64,000 bases of DNA from an uncultured Clostridia bacterium (GCA_944380265.1 CALWGY010000004.1:44769-108768), one strand, 5' to 3'; shown: positions 48,301 through 58,941, numbered from the stretch's first letter. Notes: generated by a model not told the origin, from the sequence alone. A program made the numbers and translations.

Positions 48301-48503
48301 GAAAATCATCAAACTATGTTGTAACCGACAGAATTCACATTGAAATTTCTGGAAACGAAAAACTTGAAAACATAATTTTAAAATTTGCAAATCAAGTTAA
48401 ACAAGATGTTTTGGCTTTAAGCATTAAAAAAGGTGACAAAGGTGAATTTACTGAAAACTTTAACTTGAACGATGAAATTTTAAAAGTTTCAATTAGAAGA
48501 TAA
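45372..48503 (+). CDS. ileS: Isoleucyl-tRNA synthetase (long, type-2-like by length)
   Basis: An AAGGAG RBS precedes the ATG at 45372. HIGH motif PHSGHVLT, KMSKS motif KLSKS, and a CP1 editing region. 1043 aa. The ORF-track start at 45237 lies inside the leader terminator. Confidence 0.9.
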   Translation: MYKKVDANLNFPNEEKEVLKFWRENDVKKQCMNHNAGAKRFNFYEGPPTANGVPHSGHVLTRVLKDVFTRYKSMQGYFVPRKGGWDTHGLPVELSVEKELGISGKQQIEEYGVEAFIKKCKANVWKYVDIWKEFSDRVGYFVNMEDDYYVTYYDSYIESVWWALKEMDKKGLLYKGYKILPSCPRCGTALSSHELAQGYEDRKDTTVVAKFKVVGEDNTYFLAWTTTPWTLPSNIALCVNANEDYAKVKQNDEYYILAEALIKNYFKEGEFELVETFKGKTLEFKKYEPLFGFVDAKTAEKGYYVTCDDYVTLTDGTGIVHIAPAFGEDDSLVGKKYNLPFVQLVDKFGKFTSECGKYAYQDVFSKNDEIVFDLEKENKVFKSQKHVHSYPHCWRCHSPLIYFARSSWFVKTTELRQNMVKNNNTVNWLPENVKNGRMGNFLENNIDWCLSRDRYWGTPLPVWMCECGHYHVVGSKQELKELGKIEGDIELHKPYVDAVTITCEKCGKQMKREPEVIDCWFDSGSMPFAQHHYPFENQELFKESFPAQFISEGIDQTRGWFYSLQAISTALFNKSPYETCIANGMVVDEKGRKLSKSLGNYIPPMEMLSKMGADPVRWTFYTGAQPWNNIILTENTVSESQKKYFGTLWNTYAFYVLYAEIDKFNPTEHKLEDCKLSVMDKWILSELNKLIDYVCSELDKFHVTESSRAMENFVDKLSNWYVRLGRKRYWGEEFTEDKKAAYVTLYTVLSTYAKLSAPFTPFISETIYQNLERNFDKTKPVSVHLCNYPTVNKKLIDKTLSEQMELVYAYTELGRSARNLSGIKNRQPLNELYLTNANSKTTLKPNLVQILKDELNVKDVKQHEDLSKFVNYTLKPQLKTLGPKYGKKINEIREFLSTCDALKVVNTVENGEVFKTVLGGEEVEFTKDDLLISVSQKEGYASQTDGNIAVILDTHLTEELIEEGIYREFVSKVQNLRKSSNYVVTDRIHIEISGNEKLENIILKFANQVKQDVLALSIKKGDKGEFTENFNLNDEILKVSIRR

Positions 48504-48536
48504 AAAAATGCTACGATAATTCGTAGCATTTTTTTA
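48503..48536 (+). terminator. Intrinsic terminator after ileS
   Basis: Stem ATGCTACGA/TCGTAGCAT, loop TAAT, then TTTTTT. Confidence 0.85.
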
Positions 48537-48612
48537 AATTTGTTTTAAAATTTAATTTTTTAAAATTTGACTAATGCACAAAATTCTACTAAACTAATGC
48601 TAGGAGTTAAGT

Positions 48613-49293
48613 ATGTTAAATGTAATTTATGAAGATAATCAAATTATTGTTGTAATAAAACCACAAAACATTCCAACACAAGAAGATAGTTCAAAAGATG
48701 CCGACATGTTAACACTAGTTAAAAACTATATTAAAGAAAAATATAACAAACCGGGCAATGTTTTTGTTGGACTTGTTCACAGGCTAGACAGGCCAACAGG
48801 CGGTGTTATGGTTTTTGCAAAAACTTCCAAAGCGGCTGCAAGGTTAAGCGAAAGCATTAAAGAAAACGAACTTAAAAAAAATTATTTAGCAATTGTTTTG
48901 GGCACATTAAAAGAAAAGAAACAAAAACTTGTTAATTACTTAAAGAAAAACGAAAAAACCAACACAGTTACAGTTGTTGGGCAGGCTGTTAGTGGGGCAA
49001 AATATGCTGAACTAGATTACACCGTGATAAGCGAACAAAAAAACACAAGTTTGTTAAAAATTAATCTTGTAACAGGCAGAAGCCACCAAATTAGAGCACA
49101 ACTAAGTAATCTAGGAAACCCAATTGTTAACGATGTTAAATATGGCTCAAAAACAAAAGGAAACTTGATGCTTTGGGCATATGAACTAAAACTTGTTCAC
49201 CCAACAACAAAACAAAAAATGACTTTTAAAGTTTTGCCAGATTGCGTTGGGGCTTGGAAAGTTTACGAAAACGCTATTAACACATTGGCATAA
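48613..49293 (+). CDS. RluA-family pseudouridine synthase (no S4 domain)
   Basis: HRLDRPTGGVMVFAKT and TGRSHQIRAQL. Confidence 0.8.
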   Translation: MLNVIYEDNQIIVVIKPQNIPTQEDSSKDADMLTLVKNYIKEKYNKPGNVFVGLVHRLDRPTGGVMVFAKTSKAAARLSESIKENELKKNYLAIVLGTLKEKKQKLVNYLKKNEKTNTVTVVGQAVSGAKYAELDYTVISEQKNTSLLKINLVTGRSHQIRAQLSNLGNPIVNDVKYGSKTKGNLMLWAYELKLVHPTTKQKMTFKVLPDCVGAWKVYENAINTLA

Positions 49294-49585
49294 ACAACAA
49301 TGTTTTGTTTGTGATGTTAACGCACGCATTGTGTTGTTATTGGAATTTTTAAAACACTTACTTAGTTTAAGTTTTATTAAATACTTAACAATAACATGTT
49401 TAGTTTAAAATGTTTTTAGATAACAAAAAAAAAGACTTAATTTTAAGTCTTTTTTTGTTTATGTTAATAAAAATTTAATAAAGTTACAATAAGGGGGGGG
49501 TTAATAAAAATTTATCAAGGGATTAATAGAGATTTAATAAAAAGTTAATGAGTGTTAGTAAAGTTTTAATATGAGTTTATTAAGT

Positions 49586-51208
49586 TTAATAAATTCCGTG
49601 GTCATTTGCAAGTTTGTTTGGGTTTGGTGTTTCTTCAATGTCGGTAACCAAACAAGTTGTTGTTAACATAATTGAAGCCACACTGCATGCGTTTTGAAGT
49701 GCGGTTCGGGTTACTTTTGTTGGGTCAATAATTCCTGCTTCAATTAGGTCAACATACTGGTTGTTAAGTGCGTCATAACCAAAGTTTTTGTTGTCACTTT
49801 CCAAAATTTTGTTAATAACAACTCCGCCATTAATGCCAGCATTTTCTGCAATTTGCATAATTGGAGCAGAAAGCGCTAAATAAACAATTTCTGCACCTGT
49901 TTTTTCGTCACCACTAAGCAAATTGATTTGTTGTTTTAGTGCGGGCATGCACCTAATTAATGCAACACCACCGCCAGCAACAATTCCTTCTTGTGTTGCA
50001 CTTTTTGTTGCAGAAATTGCATCTTCAATTCTAAGTTTCTTTTCCTGCATTTCAGGTTCGGTGGTTGAACCCACGCAAATAACGGCAATTCCACCTGTTA
50101 GTTTTGCAAGTCGTTCGGTTAATTTTTCACGGTCAAATTCGTTTTCGCAAAGTGAAATTTGGGCTTTTATTTTTGAAACTTGGTTTTCAATTGCTTCTTT
50201 TGTTCCATTTCCGCCAGAAATTAAGCAACTATCTTTTGTTACTTTAACATTTTTTGCAAAACCTAACATGTCAAATGTTAAATTGTTTAAATTATAACCA
50301 AGTTCATCGGAAATTAGGGTTGCACCAGTTAAAATTGCAATATCTTGCATAAAACCTTTGCGTTTGTCGCCATATGCAGGGGATTTTACTGCCACACAAT
50401 TTAAGTTGCCCCTTAACTTGTTTAAAACAAGGGTTGCCAGCACTTCGTTTTCAATTTCATCGGCAATAATTAAAAGTGGCACATTTTTTGAACTAACTTG
50501 TTCCAAAATTGGCACAAGTTCGTTAACATTGTTAATTTTATTTTCACACAAAAGTATGTAAGCATTTTGCAAGTTTGCTTCCAGTGTTTCGGAATTTGTT
50601 ACCATGTATGGCGACAAAAATCCGCGGTCAAACTGCATGCCTTCCACAATTTTTAATTCTGTTTTAAATGTTTTTCCATCTTCAACTGTAATAACTCCGT
50701 TTGTTCCAACTTTTTTAAATGCTTCCGAAATAAGTTCGCCAATTTCGGTGTCGCCAGCACTGATTGATGCAATTTGGTAAATCTCGGTGCTGTTTTTTAT
50801 TGGTGTGCTAATTTTTTTAAGTTCTTCCGTAACATTTTCACATGCCTTTAAAATACCTTTTTTTAGCACAATTGGGTTTGCGCCAGCGGTGTAGTTTTTA
50901 ATGCCTTCACGCACAATGCTTTCAGCCAAAACACAAGCGGTTGTTGTTCCATCGCCTGCAACATCGTTTGTTTTTATGCTAACTTCTTTCAAAAGGCTTG
51001 CGCCCATGTTTTCAAATTTGTCGCTTAAAACAATTTCTTTTGCAATTGTAACACCATCGTTGGTTATAAGTGGTGTTGCAAACTTTCTGTCTAGCACAAC
51101 GTTTTTGCCTTTTGGGCCAAGTGTGGCTTTTACAACCGATGAAAGTTTTTTAACACCTGTTTCCAATTTTTTTATTGCATCAAAGCCTTCTAAAATATTT
51201 TTTGCCAT
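49586..51208 (-). CDS. groEL: Chaperonin GroEL
   Basis: AKNILEG..LGPKGKNVVL, DGTTTA, and the full-length 540 aa. It follows groES after a 3-nt gap. Confidence 0.95.
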   Translation of the reverse strand: MAKNILEGFDAIKKLETGVKKLSSVVKATLGPKGKNVVLDRKFATPLITNDGVTIAKEIVLSDKFENMGASLLKEVSIKTNDVAGDGTTTACVLAESIVREGIKNYTAGANPIVLKKGILKACENVTEELKKISTPIKNSTEIYQIASISAGDTEIGELISEAFKKVGTNGVITVEDGKTFKTELKIVEGMQFDRGFLSPYMVTNSETLEANLQNAYILLCENKINNVNELVPILEQVSSKNVPLLIIADEIENEVLATLVLNKLRGNLNCVAVKSPAYGDKRKGFMQDIAILTGATLISDELGYNLNNLTFDMLGFAKNVKVTKDSCLISGGNGTKEAIENQVSKIKAQISLCENEFDREKLTERLAKLTGGIAVICVGSTTEPEMQEKKLRIEDAISATKSATQEGIVAGGGVALIRCMPALKQQINLLSGDEKTGAEIVYLALSAPIMQIAENAGINGGVVINKILESDNKNFGYDALNNQYVDLIEAGIIDPTKVTRTALQNACSVASIMLTTTCLVTDIEETPNPNKLANDHGIY

Positions 51209-51211
51209 TTT

Positions 51212-51493
51212 TTAATCCTCCAAAACTGCCAAAATGTCGGCTTGTTTAATTAGTAAGTAAGTTGTTTTATCAATTTTAAATTCGTTTGTTGCATATTTGT
51301 TAAATAGCACGGTGTCGCCTTTTTTAACCTTGAATTCAACAATGTCGCCATCAATTTTGCCACCACAGCCAAGTTCCACAACTTTTGCCATGTTCGGTTT
51401 GTCTTTTGCAATGTCGGGCAAAACAATTCCGGTTTCGTTTTTTGTTTGGGTTTCAATAAGTAAAACCTTGTCAAACAGTGGTTTAATTTTCAT
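51212..51493 (-). CDS. groES: Co-chaperonin GroES
   Basis: MKIKPLFDKVLL.. with GGAGG 5 nt upstream of the ATG at 51493. The ORF-track start at 51505 overlaps the RBS. Confidence 0.9.
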   Translation of the reverse strand: MKIKPLFDKVLLIETQTKNETGIVLPDIAKDKPNMAKVVELGCGGKIDGDIVEFKVKKGDTVLFNKYATNEFKIDKTTYLLIKQADILAVLED

Positions 51494-51680
51494 TTTTTCC
51501 TCCAAATTATGTTATATTTAATTTTACAATTTTTTTCTATTTTTTAATATTTAACACGCAAACGAAAATGTTTTTAAATTGATTAATTTTGAAAAATTTT
51601 GTTGAAATATTAATTAATGCGAAAAACTTGTAATATACATATAAAAGTAAATCATGAGTTTTTAAGGATTTCAATTTTAT

Positions 51681-52499
51681 ATGTCAAAAAAAGTTTTAAG
51701 ATATAGCGACACAAAGTTAATAAAACTTAAAAAAAACAATGGTTTTAAAAGTTTTTTTATTTTTATTTTTTGTTTGTCAATTTTTTTAACAGTCATGTTT
51801 GTTTCGGGTGCGTTTTCAAGGGTTTTAAAAGTTAACAACTTTTCTTTTTTGTTTGATAAAAACAAAATTAGTGTGGATACTCACAGTTATTATGCCGTAA
51901 CCATGGGGCAGTATGATTCGGAAAGTGAAGCTCAAAGTGTTGCAAGTGGTGTTAGCATTATGGGTGCAGGAGCATATGTTTGGCTGAATGGAAATAAATA
52001 TTATGTTATTGGAAATGTTTACGACAATTTAACCGATGCCGAAACTGTTTTAAAAAATGTTAGCGGAAACAATTATGATGTTGGAATTTTGGAAATGAAA
52101 TTTAACAAAATTGCGTTTGATAATGAAAACTACACAACTGACCAAAAAAAAGTTATTTTAGAAAGTATTAAGTTTGTTGATGAAGTGTTTAAAAAATGTT
52201 ACAACTATTCCATTAAGTTTGACAAAAGCGAAGTTGTTGCAACTGTTGTTTCAAGTGAACTTAACACATTAAAAGGTGACACAACGGTTTGGGCAGGAAA
52301 ACTTGATGCAATAAATTCTGTTGTTGCAACAAACGAAACAATTTTGTTAAAAAACGCATATGTTTCCATAAACAGCGAGCTTGATGCAAGTGTTTTAAAG
52401 GTTATTGATGGAAGCAGTGTTAACAAAGACTTAAAATATTTAACAACTGCTGTGGCGGTTATTAAATATAATTTGTATAAATCAATTAATTCTTTGTAA
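51681..52499 (+). CDS. Membrane-anchored protein with a possible SPOR-like domain
   Basis: One TM helix (FFIFIFCLSIFLTVMFVSGAF). YYAVTMGQYDSESEAQSVASGV..GAYVW..NKYYVIGNVYDNLTDAETV resembles a SPOR repeat. Confidence 0.4.
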   Translation: MSKKVLRYSDTKLIKLKKNNGFKSFFIFIFCLSIFLTVMFVSGAFSRVLKVNNFSFLFDKNKISVDTHSYYAVTMGQYDSESEAQSVASGVSIMGAGAYVWLNGNKYYVIGNVYDNLTDAETVLKNVSGNNYDVGILEMKFNKIAFDNENYTTDQKKVILESIKFVDEVFKKCYNYSIKFDKSEVVATVVSSELNTLKGDTTVWAGKLDAINSVVATNETILLKNAYVSINSELDASVLKVIDGSSVNKDLKYLTTAVAVIKYNLYKSINSL

Positions 52500-52582
52500 A
52501 AAAAAGTATAAAAATTTGTGTGATTTGTGGTTTTGGACTTATTTTAGTTTAAAAAAAAATAAAAATATAGTAATATTTAATT

Positions 52583-53092
52583 ATGAAAAAATATTATGTT
52601 GGATTAATAATTAAAATTGTTTGCATAGCATTAATAATTGGAATTGATTTGCTTACAAAAGTTTATTTTCAAAACTATTTTGAGTCTGGCGGAGAAGACA
52701 TAACTTTAATTAACAATGTTTTGGGAATAACTTACACAATAAACACTGGTGCTGCATTTGGAATTTTTGATGACAACACTGTTCTACTAATTATTTTCAC
52801 AGTTTTGTTTTTGATTATTTTTGCGTTCATTGATTTTTATTATAAAAGCGAAAATGGTTGGTACATTGCAGGATTTTCCTTAATTGTGGGCGGAGCACTT
52901 GGAAATTTTATTGACAGAATTTGTTTGGGCGGAGTTAGAGATTTTATTGAACTAAAATTTATTGAATTTCCAATTTTTAATTTTGCCGACGTGTTTTTAA
53001 CTTGCGGTGTGATTTGTTACTTGGTTTATTTAATTTTTTATGAATTCAAAAAAACTAAGCACGAAAAAACCGACATAACAAATGAGGAATAG
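52583..53092 (+). CDS. lspA: Lipoprotein signal peptidase II
   Basis: NTGAAFG, GGALGNFIDR and FNFADV. Confidence 0.9.
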   Translation: MKKYYVGLIIKIVCIALIIGIDLLTKVYFQNYFESGGEDITLINNVLGITYTINTGAAFGIFDDNTVLLIIFTVLFLIIFAFIDFYYKSENGWYIAGFSLIVGGALGNFIDRICLGGVRDFIELKFIEFPIFNFADVFLTCGVICYLVYLIFYEFKKTKHEKTDITNEE

Positions 53093-53999
53093 TTTGAAAG
53101 AATTTATAGTTTCGGAGCAATTTAATAAAACTAGGCTAGATTCATTTTTATTTCAAATGGATTCTTCTTTTACTCGTTCACACTATAAAAATTTAATAAC
53201 AAACGGACATGTTTTGGTTAATGGAAATTGCGTTAAGGCAGGGTACACACTTAAAACAAACGACAAAGTTGAAGTGGAAATGTTGCCACCAAAACCACTT
53301 GAAACAAAACCTGAAAACATTCCAATAAACATTGTTTATGAAGATGATGATTTGGCAGTTATTAACAAAGATAAGGGCATGGTTGTTCACCCAGCAAACG
53401 GAAATTGGGAGGGCACACTTGTTAATGCACTACTGTATAACATTAAAAATTTGAGTGGCATTAATGGGGTTATTAGACCCGGAATTGTTCACAGGCTAGA
53501 TAAGGACACAAGCGGACTTATGGTTGTTGCAAAAAACGATTTTGCACATGTTGAACTTTCAAAACAAATTGCAAATAAAACTTGCAAACGTGTTTATTTA
53601 GCACTTCTTTTGGGAAATCTTAAACAGAGTGAAGGTGTTATTAAAACTTTAATTGGCAGAGACCCAAAAAACAGGCTTCGATTTACGGTTGTTGAAAACG
53701 GCGGAAAATTTGCTGAAACACACTATAAGGTTTTGCAAACTTACAAAGATTTTTGTTTGGTTGAATTTGAGTTAAAAACAGGCAGAACTCATCAAATTAG
53801 GGTGCATGCAAAATACTTAAATCATCCAATTGCAGGCGATGACCTTTATGGCGGAAAATGCAAATTTAAAACAAATGGTCAAATGCTGCACGCATACAAA
53901 CTAGAATTTGTTCATCCACGCTCGCATAAGCTTATGCAGTTTGAAGTTGGCTTGCCAGAATATTTTTTAAAAATATTAAAAAATTTACAAACTTTTTAA
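53082..53999 (+). CDS. rluD: 23S rRNA pseudouridine synthase RluD (S4 domain plus catalytic domain)
   Basis: RLDSFL..SRSHYKNLI..G.V.VNG, HRLDKDTSGLMVVAKN and TGRTHQIRVH. The gene overlaps the lspA stop. Confidence 0.9.
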   Translation: MRNSLKEFIVSEQFNKTRLDSFLFQMDSSFTRSHYKNLITNGHVLVNGNCVKAGYTLKTNDKVEVEMLPPKPLETKPENIPINIVYEDDDLAVINKDKGMVVHPANGNWEGTLVNALLYNIKNLSGINGVIRPGIVHRLDKDTSGLMVVAKNDFAHVELSKQIANKTCKRVYLALLLGNLKQSEGVIKTLIGRDPKNRLRFTVVENGGKFAETHYKVLQTYKDFCLVEFELKTGRTHQIRVHAKYLNHPIAGDDLYGGKCKFKTNGQMLHAYKLEFVHPRSHKLMQFEVGLPEYFLKILKNLQTF

Positions 54000-54082
54000 T
54001 TTATAACTATTTACTAAATTTTGCTGTTTTGCTAAGATAATAAATAGGTTAATTAATTTTTGAAGTTTTAAGGAGAAATATA

Positions 54083-54340
54083 ATGTCTAAATTCGGATTT
54101 CGTTCTTTTGCAAATTTAATGGCATACATTGCAGTTGTGCTTGTTGGTGCGGCACTTTTAATTCAGTCGCTTTTGTCCGGCAATCAAATTGCAGCAGCAT
54201 TTAAAATGGTTGCTGATGTTATTGCATATGTTATGCTTGCAATTTCAAGTTTTTCATATGCAAAAAGCAGACGAAATGTTGTGTTTATTATAATTTGGTT
54301 AATTGCAGTTGTGTTAATTGTGGTTTCATATATCATTTAA
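54083..54340 (+). CDS. 85-aa membrane protein with three predicted TM helices
   Basis: AAGGAG RBS, hydrophobic helices, and a terminator at about 54346-54380. Confidence 0.55.
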   Translation: MSKFGFRSFANLMAYIAVVLVGAALLIQSLLSGNQIAAAFKMVADVIAYVMLAISSFSYAKSRRNVVFIIIWLIAVVLIVVSYII

Positions 54341-54420
54341 ATTAAGTTGGCAACAAAAATAAAGTTGCCAATTTTTTTTATTAATGCTAACATAAAATTA
54401 TTAAACAAAAGTTGGTTAAA

Positions 54421-54753
54421 ATGAATTTTAAAAATCTGTTAAAAAATAAGTTTTTCATAATTTCAATATGTTTATTGGTGTTAATTATTGTTAGTGCCAG
54501 TTTAACACGAGTTAGTTCTGTTTTTTTTATGATAACGTGCTTTTTGGCGTGTGCACTTTGCATTGTTGTTGGAACAAAATTTGTTTTTGATGTTGTAAAA
54601 CTTAAAAAAGATGAAACTTCAAGTTTGTTGCCACTAACAGAAGAGCAAAAAGAAAAGGTTAACAAAAACAAAAAATTTGAAAAAGCAAATTTAATTATTA
54701 GAATTATTGTGTTTTATTGTTTTGCAATTTTGTTTTTTGTTTTGGCTTTTTAG
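54421..54753 (+). CDS. Small membrane protein (about 110 aa)
   Basis: Three hydrophobic helices and a charged loop. I prefer it to the antisense ORF 54387..54671, which has no membrane or other protein-like features. The RBS is weak. Confidence 0.4.
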   Translation: MNFKNLLKNKFFIISICLLVLIIVSASLTRVSSVFFMITCFLACALCIVVGTKFVFDVVKLKKDETSSLLPLTEEQKEKVNKNKKFEKANLIIRIIVFYCFAILFFVLAF

Positions 54754-55047
54754 TAAAAAATTGAACTGGAAAATATTATTTAAAAAACACCAAAAAAATG
54801 TTGGTGTTTTTTTATGTGTTTAAAAATAATTAGCAATACTTTTTAAATGCACAGGAACAACATAAAAAACTTTTTTGCCATTATTTTGTAAGGTAAGAAG
54901 ACAAACATTAAAGTTTAAAACATGCAAAAATTGTGCAAGCAAAGTGAGTGTTTTGTTCATTTTAAAGCAATTTAAGTATCATATTAAATTGCCAAACACA
55001 CATAAAAGTGTTAAAATTACTGGTAGTTAAAATTTTAAGGAGAAAGT

Positions 55048-56337
55048 ATGGATTACAAAATTAAAAAATTAGAAAAAAGCATGGTGCAAATTGACATCAC
55101 TTTAAATAAAGATGAATGGCAAAAAGAACTTGAAGAAGCATACACAAAAACAAGAAGCAAATATAATGTTGAAGGGTTCAGAAAGGGCAAAGCACCAAGA
55201 AAAGTTATTGAAAAAATGTATGGTGAAAATGTGTTTTATGAAGATGCTTTAAGCGAAGGATTTTATAAAGCATATATGCAAATTTTAAGTAAAGAGGCAA
55301 CACTTGAACCTGTTGATGCTCCAAATTTGAGCGTTAAACAAATTGATGACAATGGTGCAGTGCTAGAAGCAAAAGTTGTTGTTAAACCAGATGTTAAAGT
55401 TACAAAATATAAAGGTTTTGATGTTGAAATTGAAAACAAAAAAATAACCAAAAAAGAACTTGATGCAGAAATTAATCGCGTTAAAGAACAAAATGCAAGG
55501 CTTGTTGAAGTTGACCGTGCAATTAAAAATGGCGATGTTGCAAACATCAATTTTTCAGGCAGTGTTGATGGTGTTAAGTTTGAAGGTGGCACAAGCGAAA
55601 ACTATGACCTAGAAATTGGAAGCAAAAGCTTTATTGAAGGTTTTGAAGAACAATTAATTGGATTAAAAGCAGGAGAAGAAAAAGATGTTAATGTAACTTT
55701 CCCTGCAAAATACCACGCAAAAGAACTTGCAGGAAAACCTGCTGTGTTTGCTTGCCGTGTTAATGCAGTTAAAGAAAAACAATATCCTGAACTTAACGAT
55801 GAGTTTGCATCAAATGTTTCCGAATTTGAAACTTTTGAAGAATACAAAAAAGATTTGGAAGAACATTTGCAACATCATGCAGATGAACATGCAAAAATTG
55901 ATGCTGAAAACAAAATTATTGACAAAATTGTTGAAAACACCGAAGTTGAAGTTCCTACTCAAATGGTTGAAAACGAACTTGACAATTTGTTAAAAGACAT
56001 GGAATATAGGCTTATGTATCAAGGACTAAACTTGGAAGCATATGCAAACTATATGAACACAACTGTTGAAAAATTGCGTGAAAGCAGACGTGATGAAGCA
56101 TTAAAATCTGTTAAAATTCGTTTAGCATTAACTTACATTTTGGATAAAGAAAAAATTAATGTTACCGATGATGAAGTTAATGAAAAAATTAAAGAAATGG
56201 CAAAATCTGCCAAAAAAACAATTAAAGAGTATAAACAAACATTAAGTGAAGATAGAATAAACTACTTAAAAAATGATATACTTATGAATAAACTTTTAAC
56301 CTTCTTGCTTGATAAGAACGTTAAAAAATCTAAATAA
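55048..56337 (+). CDS. tig: Trigger factor
   Basis: The ribosome-binding motif GFRKGKAP, a central FKBP-like block (ANINFSGSVDGVKFEGG), and a position upstream of clpP-clpX. Confidence 0.9.
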   Translation: MDYKIKKLEKSMVQIDITLNKDEWQKELEEAYTKTRSKYNVEGFRKGKAPRKVIEKMYGENVFYEDALSEGFYKAYMQILSKEATLEPVDAPNLSVKQIDDNGAVLEAKVVVKPDVKVTKYKGFDVEIENKKITKKELDAEINRVKEQNARLVEVDRAIKNGDVANINFSGSVDGVKFEGGTSENYDLEIGSKSFIEGFEEQLIGLKAGEEKDVNVTFPAKYHAKELAGKPAVFACRVNAVKEKQYPELNDEFASNVSEFETFEEYKKDLEEHLQHHADEHAKIDAENKIIDKIVENTEVEVPTQMVENELDNLLKDMEYRLMYQGLNLEAYANYMNTTVEKLRESRRDEALKSVKIRLALTYILDKEKINVTDDEVNEKIKEMAKSAKKTIKEYKQTLSEDRINYLKNDILMNKLLTFLLDKNVKKSK

Positions 56338-56417
56338 TTAAAAAATGCTAAAATAATCAAATATAAAAATTAAATTGTTTGTTATTATTTTAATTTTAAT
56401 TAAAATGGAGGCAAAAA

Positions 56418-56996
56418 ATGTTAGTACCTTATGTTATTGACCAAACAAGCACAGGGGAAAGAAGTTACGATATTTATTCTCGTTTGCTTGAAGATAGAAT
56501 AATTTTTATTACTGGTGAAATTGATGATAATGTTGCAAACACTGTTGTGGCACAATTAATTTATTTGGAAGGAAAAAATGCCGACAAAGACATTTCACTT
56601 TACATTAACAGTCCAGGCGGAAGCATAACAGCAGGAATGGCAATTTACGACACAATTCAGTACATTAAATGTGATGTTCAAACAATTTGCATTGGTCTTG
56701 CTGCAAGCATGGGTGCATTCTTGTTGTCTGCCGGAACAAAAGGTAAAAGAATGTGTTTGCCAAACAGCGAGGTTATGATTCATCAACCACTAAGTGGTGT
56801 TCAAGGCCAAGCAACCGACATTGAAATAACAGCAAAACATATTTTAAAAATCAAACAAAAAATGACAGAAATGCTTGCAAAAAATTGCGGTCAACCAATT
56901 GAAAAAGTTGCAGCCGATGTTGAACGTGACAATTGGATGAGTGCAGTTGAAGCAAAAGAATATGGTTTGGTTGACAAAGTTATTGAAAAAAGATAA
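56418..56996 (+). CDS. clpP: ATP-dependent Clp protease proteolytic subunit
   Basis: [17 protein letters not shown], the active-site block [11 protein letters not shown], and MIHQP. Confidence 0.95.
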   Translation: MLVPYVIDQTSTGERSYDIYSRLLEDRIIFITGEIDDNVANTVVAQLIYLEGKNADKDISLYINSPGGSITAGMAIYDTIQYIKCDVQTICIGLAASMGAFLLSAGTKGKRMCLPNSEVMIHQPLSGVQGQATDIEITAKHILKIKQKMTEMLAKNCGQPIEKVAADVERDNWMSAVEAKEYGLVDKVIEKR

Positions 56997-57066
56997 ATTT
57001 GATTTCCGCAAAAGAAAATAATTTAATTTGTTTTTAGTTTTATTCCAATAGTTTTTTAGGAGAATT

Positions 57067-58359
57067 ATGAAAAAAGATATTAACAACATGTTTTGTTCCT
57101 TTTGCGGGAAAAACCGATTAGAAACAAAACGCTTAATTTCAAGCCCAGATGGTTTAAGTTTTATTTGTGATGAATGCATTTCGGCTTGTAACGAAATTTT
57201 AAAGGAAGAAGACCGCGAAAAAAGTTCGGATAAAATTGACTTGCCAACACCAGAAGTTATCAAAAAAATTTTGGATGACTATGTTATTGGGCAAGATGAT
57301 GCAAAACGGGTTTTGTCGGTTGCAGTTTATAATCACTATAAAAGAATTAATTACAACATTGATGCAAAAAACAAAAAAGATGGTATTGATTTAATTGACA
57401 TTGATAAAAGCAATGTTTTGTTGATTGGTCCAACTGGAAGTGGTAAAACCTTGCTTGCAAAAACACTTGCAAAAATTTTGAAAGTGCCTTTTGCACAAGC
57501 AGATGCAACCACCTTAACCGAGGCAGGATATGTTGGCGAAGATGTTGAAAACATTTTGCTTAAATTAATTCAAAATGCAAATTATGACATAAAGCGTGCA
57601 GAGCGTGGCATAATTTATATTGACGAAATTGACAAAATTACCAAAAAAAGCGAAAACCGAAGCATAACCAGAGATGTTTCGGGTGAAGGTGTTCAACAAG
57701 CGCTTTTAAAAATTATTGAAAGCACATTGGCTTCTGTTCCACCACAAGGTGGCAGAAAACACCCACATCAGGAACTTTTGCAAATTGACACATCAAACAT
57801 TTTGTTTATTTGTGGCGGAGCATTTGTTGGGCTTAAAAACATAATTGAAAAACGAACATCATCTTCTTCACTTGGCTTTGATTCAAACATAAGCAGTGTT
57901 AAAGATGAAAGCACGGGCGAAGTGTTAAAGAAAATTCAACCACAAGACTTAATTAAATTTGGACTAATTCCAGAGTTTGTGGGCAGACTTCCAATTGTTG
58001 TTGGGCTTGATGATTTAACGGAAGATGCTTTGGTTGAAATTATGCAAAAACCAAAAAATGCCATAACAAAACAATATAAGGAAATGTTTAAAATTGATGG
58101 CGTTGAACTAGAATTTGCACCAAACGCAATTAGAGCGGTTGCTAAAAAGGCAATTAAGTTAAAAACTGGTGCTCGTGGGCTTAGAACAATTTTGGAAAAT
58201 TGCATGCTAGACTTAATGTTTTTAACACCAAGCGACAAAGAAATTAAGAAAATTGTTATTTCGGAAGATACAATTTCAAATGGGGCAAAGCCTGAAATTA
58301 TTAGAACAAAAAAGGTTACGGAAAATAAAAAATCCAACAAAAAGTTGGAAACAGCATAA
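57067..58359 (+). CDS. clpX: ATP-dependent Clp protease ATP-binding subunit ClpX
   Basis: Zinc finger CSFCGK..CDEC, Walker A GPTGSGKT, Walker [10 protein letters not shown], and the ClpP-binding-type loop LGF. Confidence 0.95.
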   Translation: MKKDINNMFCSFCGKNRLETKRLISSPDGLSFICDECISACNEILKEEDREKSSDKIDLPTPEVIKKILDDYVIGQDDAKRVLSVAVYNHYKRINYNIDAKNKKDGIDLIDIDKSNVLLIGPTGSGKTLLAKTLAKILKVPFAQADATTLTEAGYVGEDVENILLKLIQNANYDIKRAERGIIYIDEIDKITKKSENRSITRDVSGEGVQQALLKIIESTLASVPPQGGRKHPHQELLQIDTSNILFICGGAFVGLKNIIEKRTSSSSLGFDSNISSVKDESTGEVLKKIQPQDLIKFGLIPEFVGRLPIVVGLDDLTEDALVEIMQKPKNAITKQYKEMFKIDGVELEFAPNAIRAVAKKAIKLKTGARGLRTILENCMLDLMFLTPSDKEIKKIVISEDTISNGAKPEIIRTKKVTENKKSNKKLETA

Positions 58360-58469
58360 AATAAAAGTGTTTTAACGCACTTTTATTTTTTTTGTTGGTT
58401 AAACATGTTTTGTTGTGGTATTATATATTCAATAAACAAATTTAAACTGATAAAAATAAAAGGCTTAAC

Positions 58470-58937
58470 ATGACAAAAATTTTGGTTGTGTCCGACACTC
58501 ATGGCAACAAAGACGGCTTAATGGAAGTGGTTAAAACATGCAAATGTGAGCATGTGTTCTTTTTAGGCGATTTACTTAAAGATGTTGAAGAACTTGAAAT
58601 AAAAAATTTGGTTAAGGTTAGGGGAAATTGGGACTATGATTTTAAGGTTAAGTTAACCGAATTTTTGGAGATTGAAAATGTTAAAATAATGCTAACACAT
58701 GGGCACAAATATGGCGTTAAAAATGGGCTTGGTGCACTTATTAACGAAGCAAAAAAGGAAAATTGCAAACTTGTTTGTTATGGCCACACACATGTTCAAA
58801 ATTTTTTGGAAGTTGATGGCATTTATTTTTTAAACCCGGGTGCATTATCAAATTTTAAAAAAGGTAAATTTACTTATGCCGTTGTTACAATTGATAATGG
58901 AAAAATTTATGTAAATATGCAAAATAATTTAAAATAA
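58470..58937 (+). CDS. YfcE/MJ0936-family metallophosphoesterase
   Basis: VVSDTHGN, GDL, GNWD, THGH and GHTH. Confidence 0.8.
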   Translation: MTKILVVSDTHGNKDGLMEVVKTCKCEHVFFLGDLLKDVEELEIKNLVKVRGNWDYDFKVKLTEFLEIENVKIMLTHGHKYGVKNGLGALINEAKKENCKLVCYGHTHVQNFLEVDGIYFLNPGALSNFKKGKFTYAVVTIDNGKIYVNMQNNLK

Positions 58938-58941
58938 TTTG

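Noticed and set aside
49493-49500. A G8 homopolymer in the spacer downstream of groEL, considered as a possible phase-variation tract.
   Set aside because: It lies in a 3' untranslated spacer between the groEL stop and its terminator. It is not in or upstream of any coding start.
51494-51680. A search for a CIRCE operator (TTAGCACTC-N9-GAGTGCTAA) upstream of groES.
   Set aside because: No GCACTC or GAGTGC half-site is present in the 190-nt upstream region, so no HrcA operator is called. I cannot tell whether this is biologically meaningful without the rest of the genome.
54387-54671. 94-aa minus-strand ORF.
   Set aside because: It is antisense to the more plausible three-TM protein ORF at 54421..54753 and lacks an RBS.
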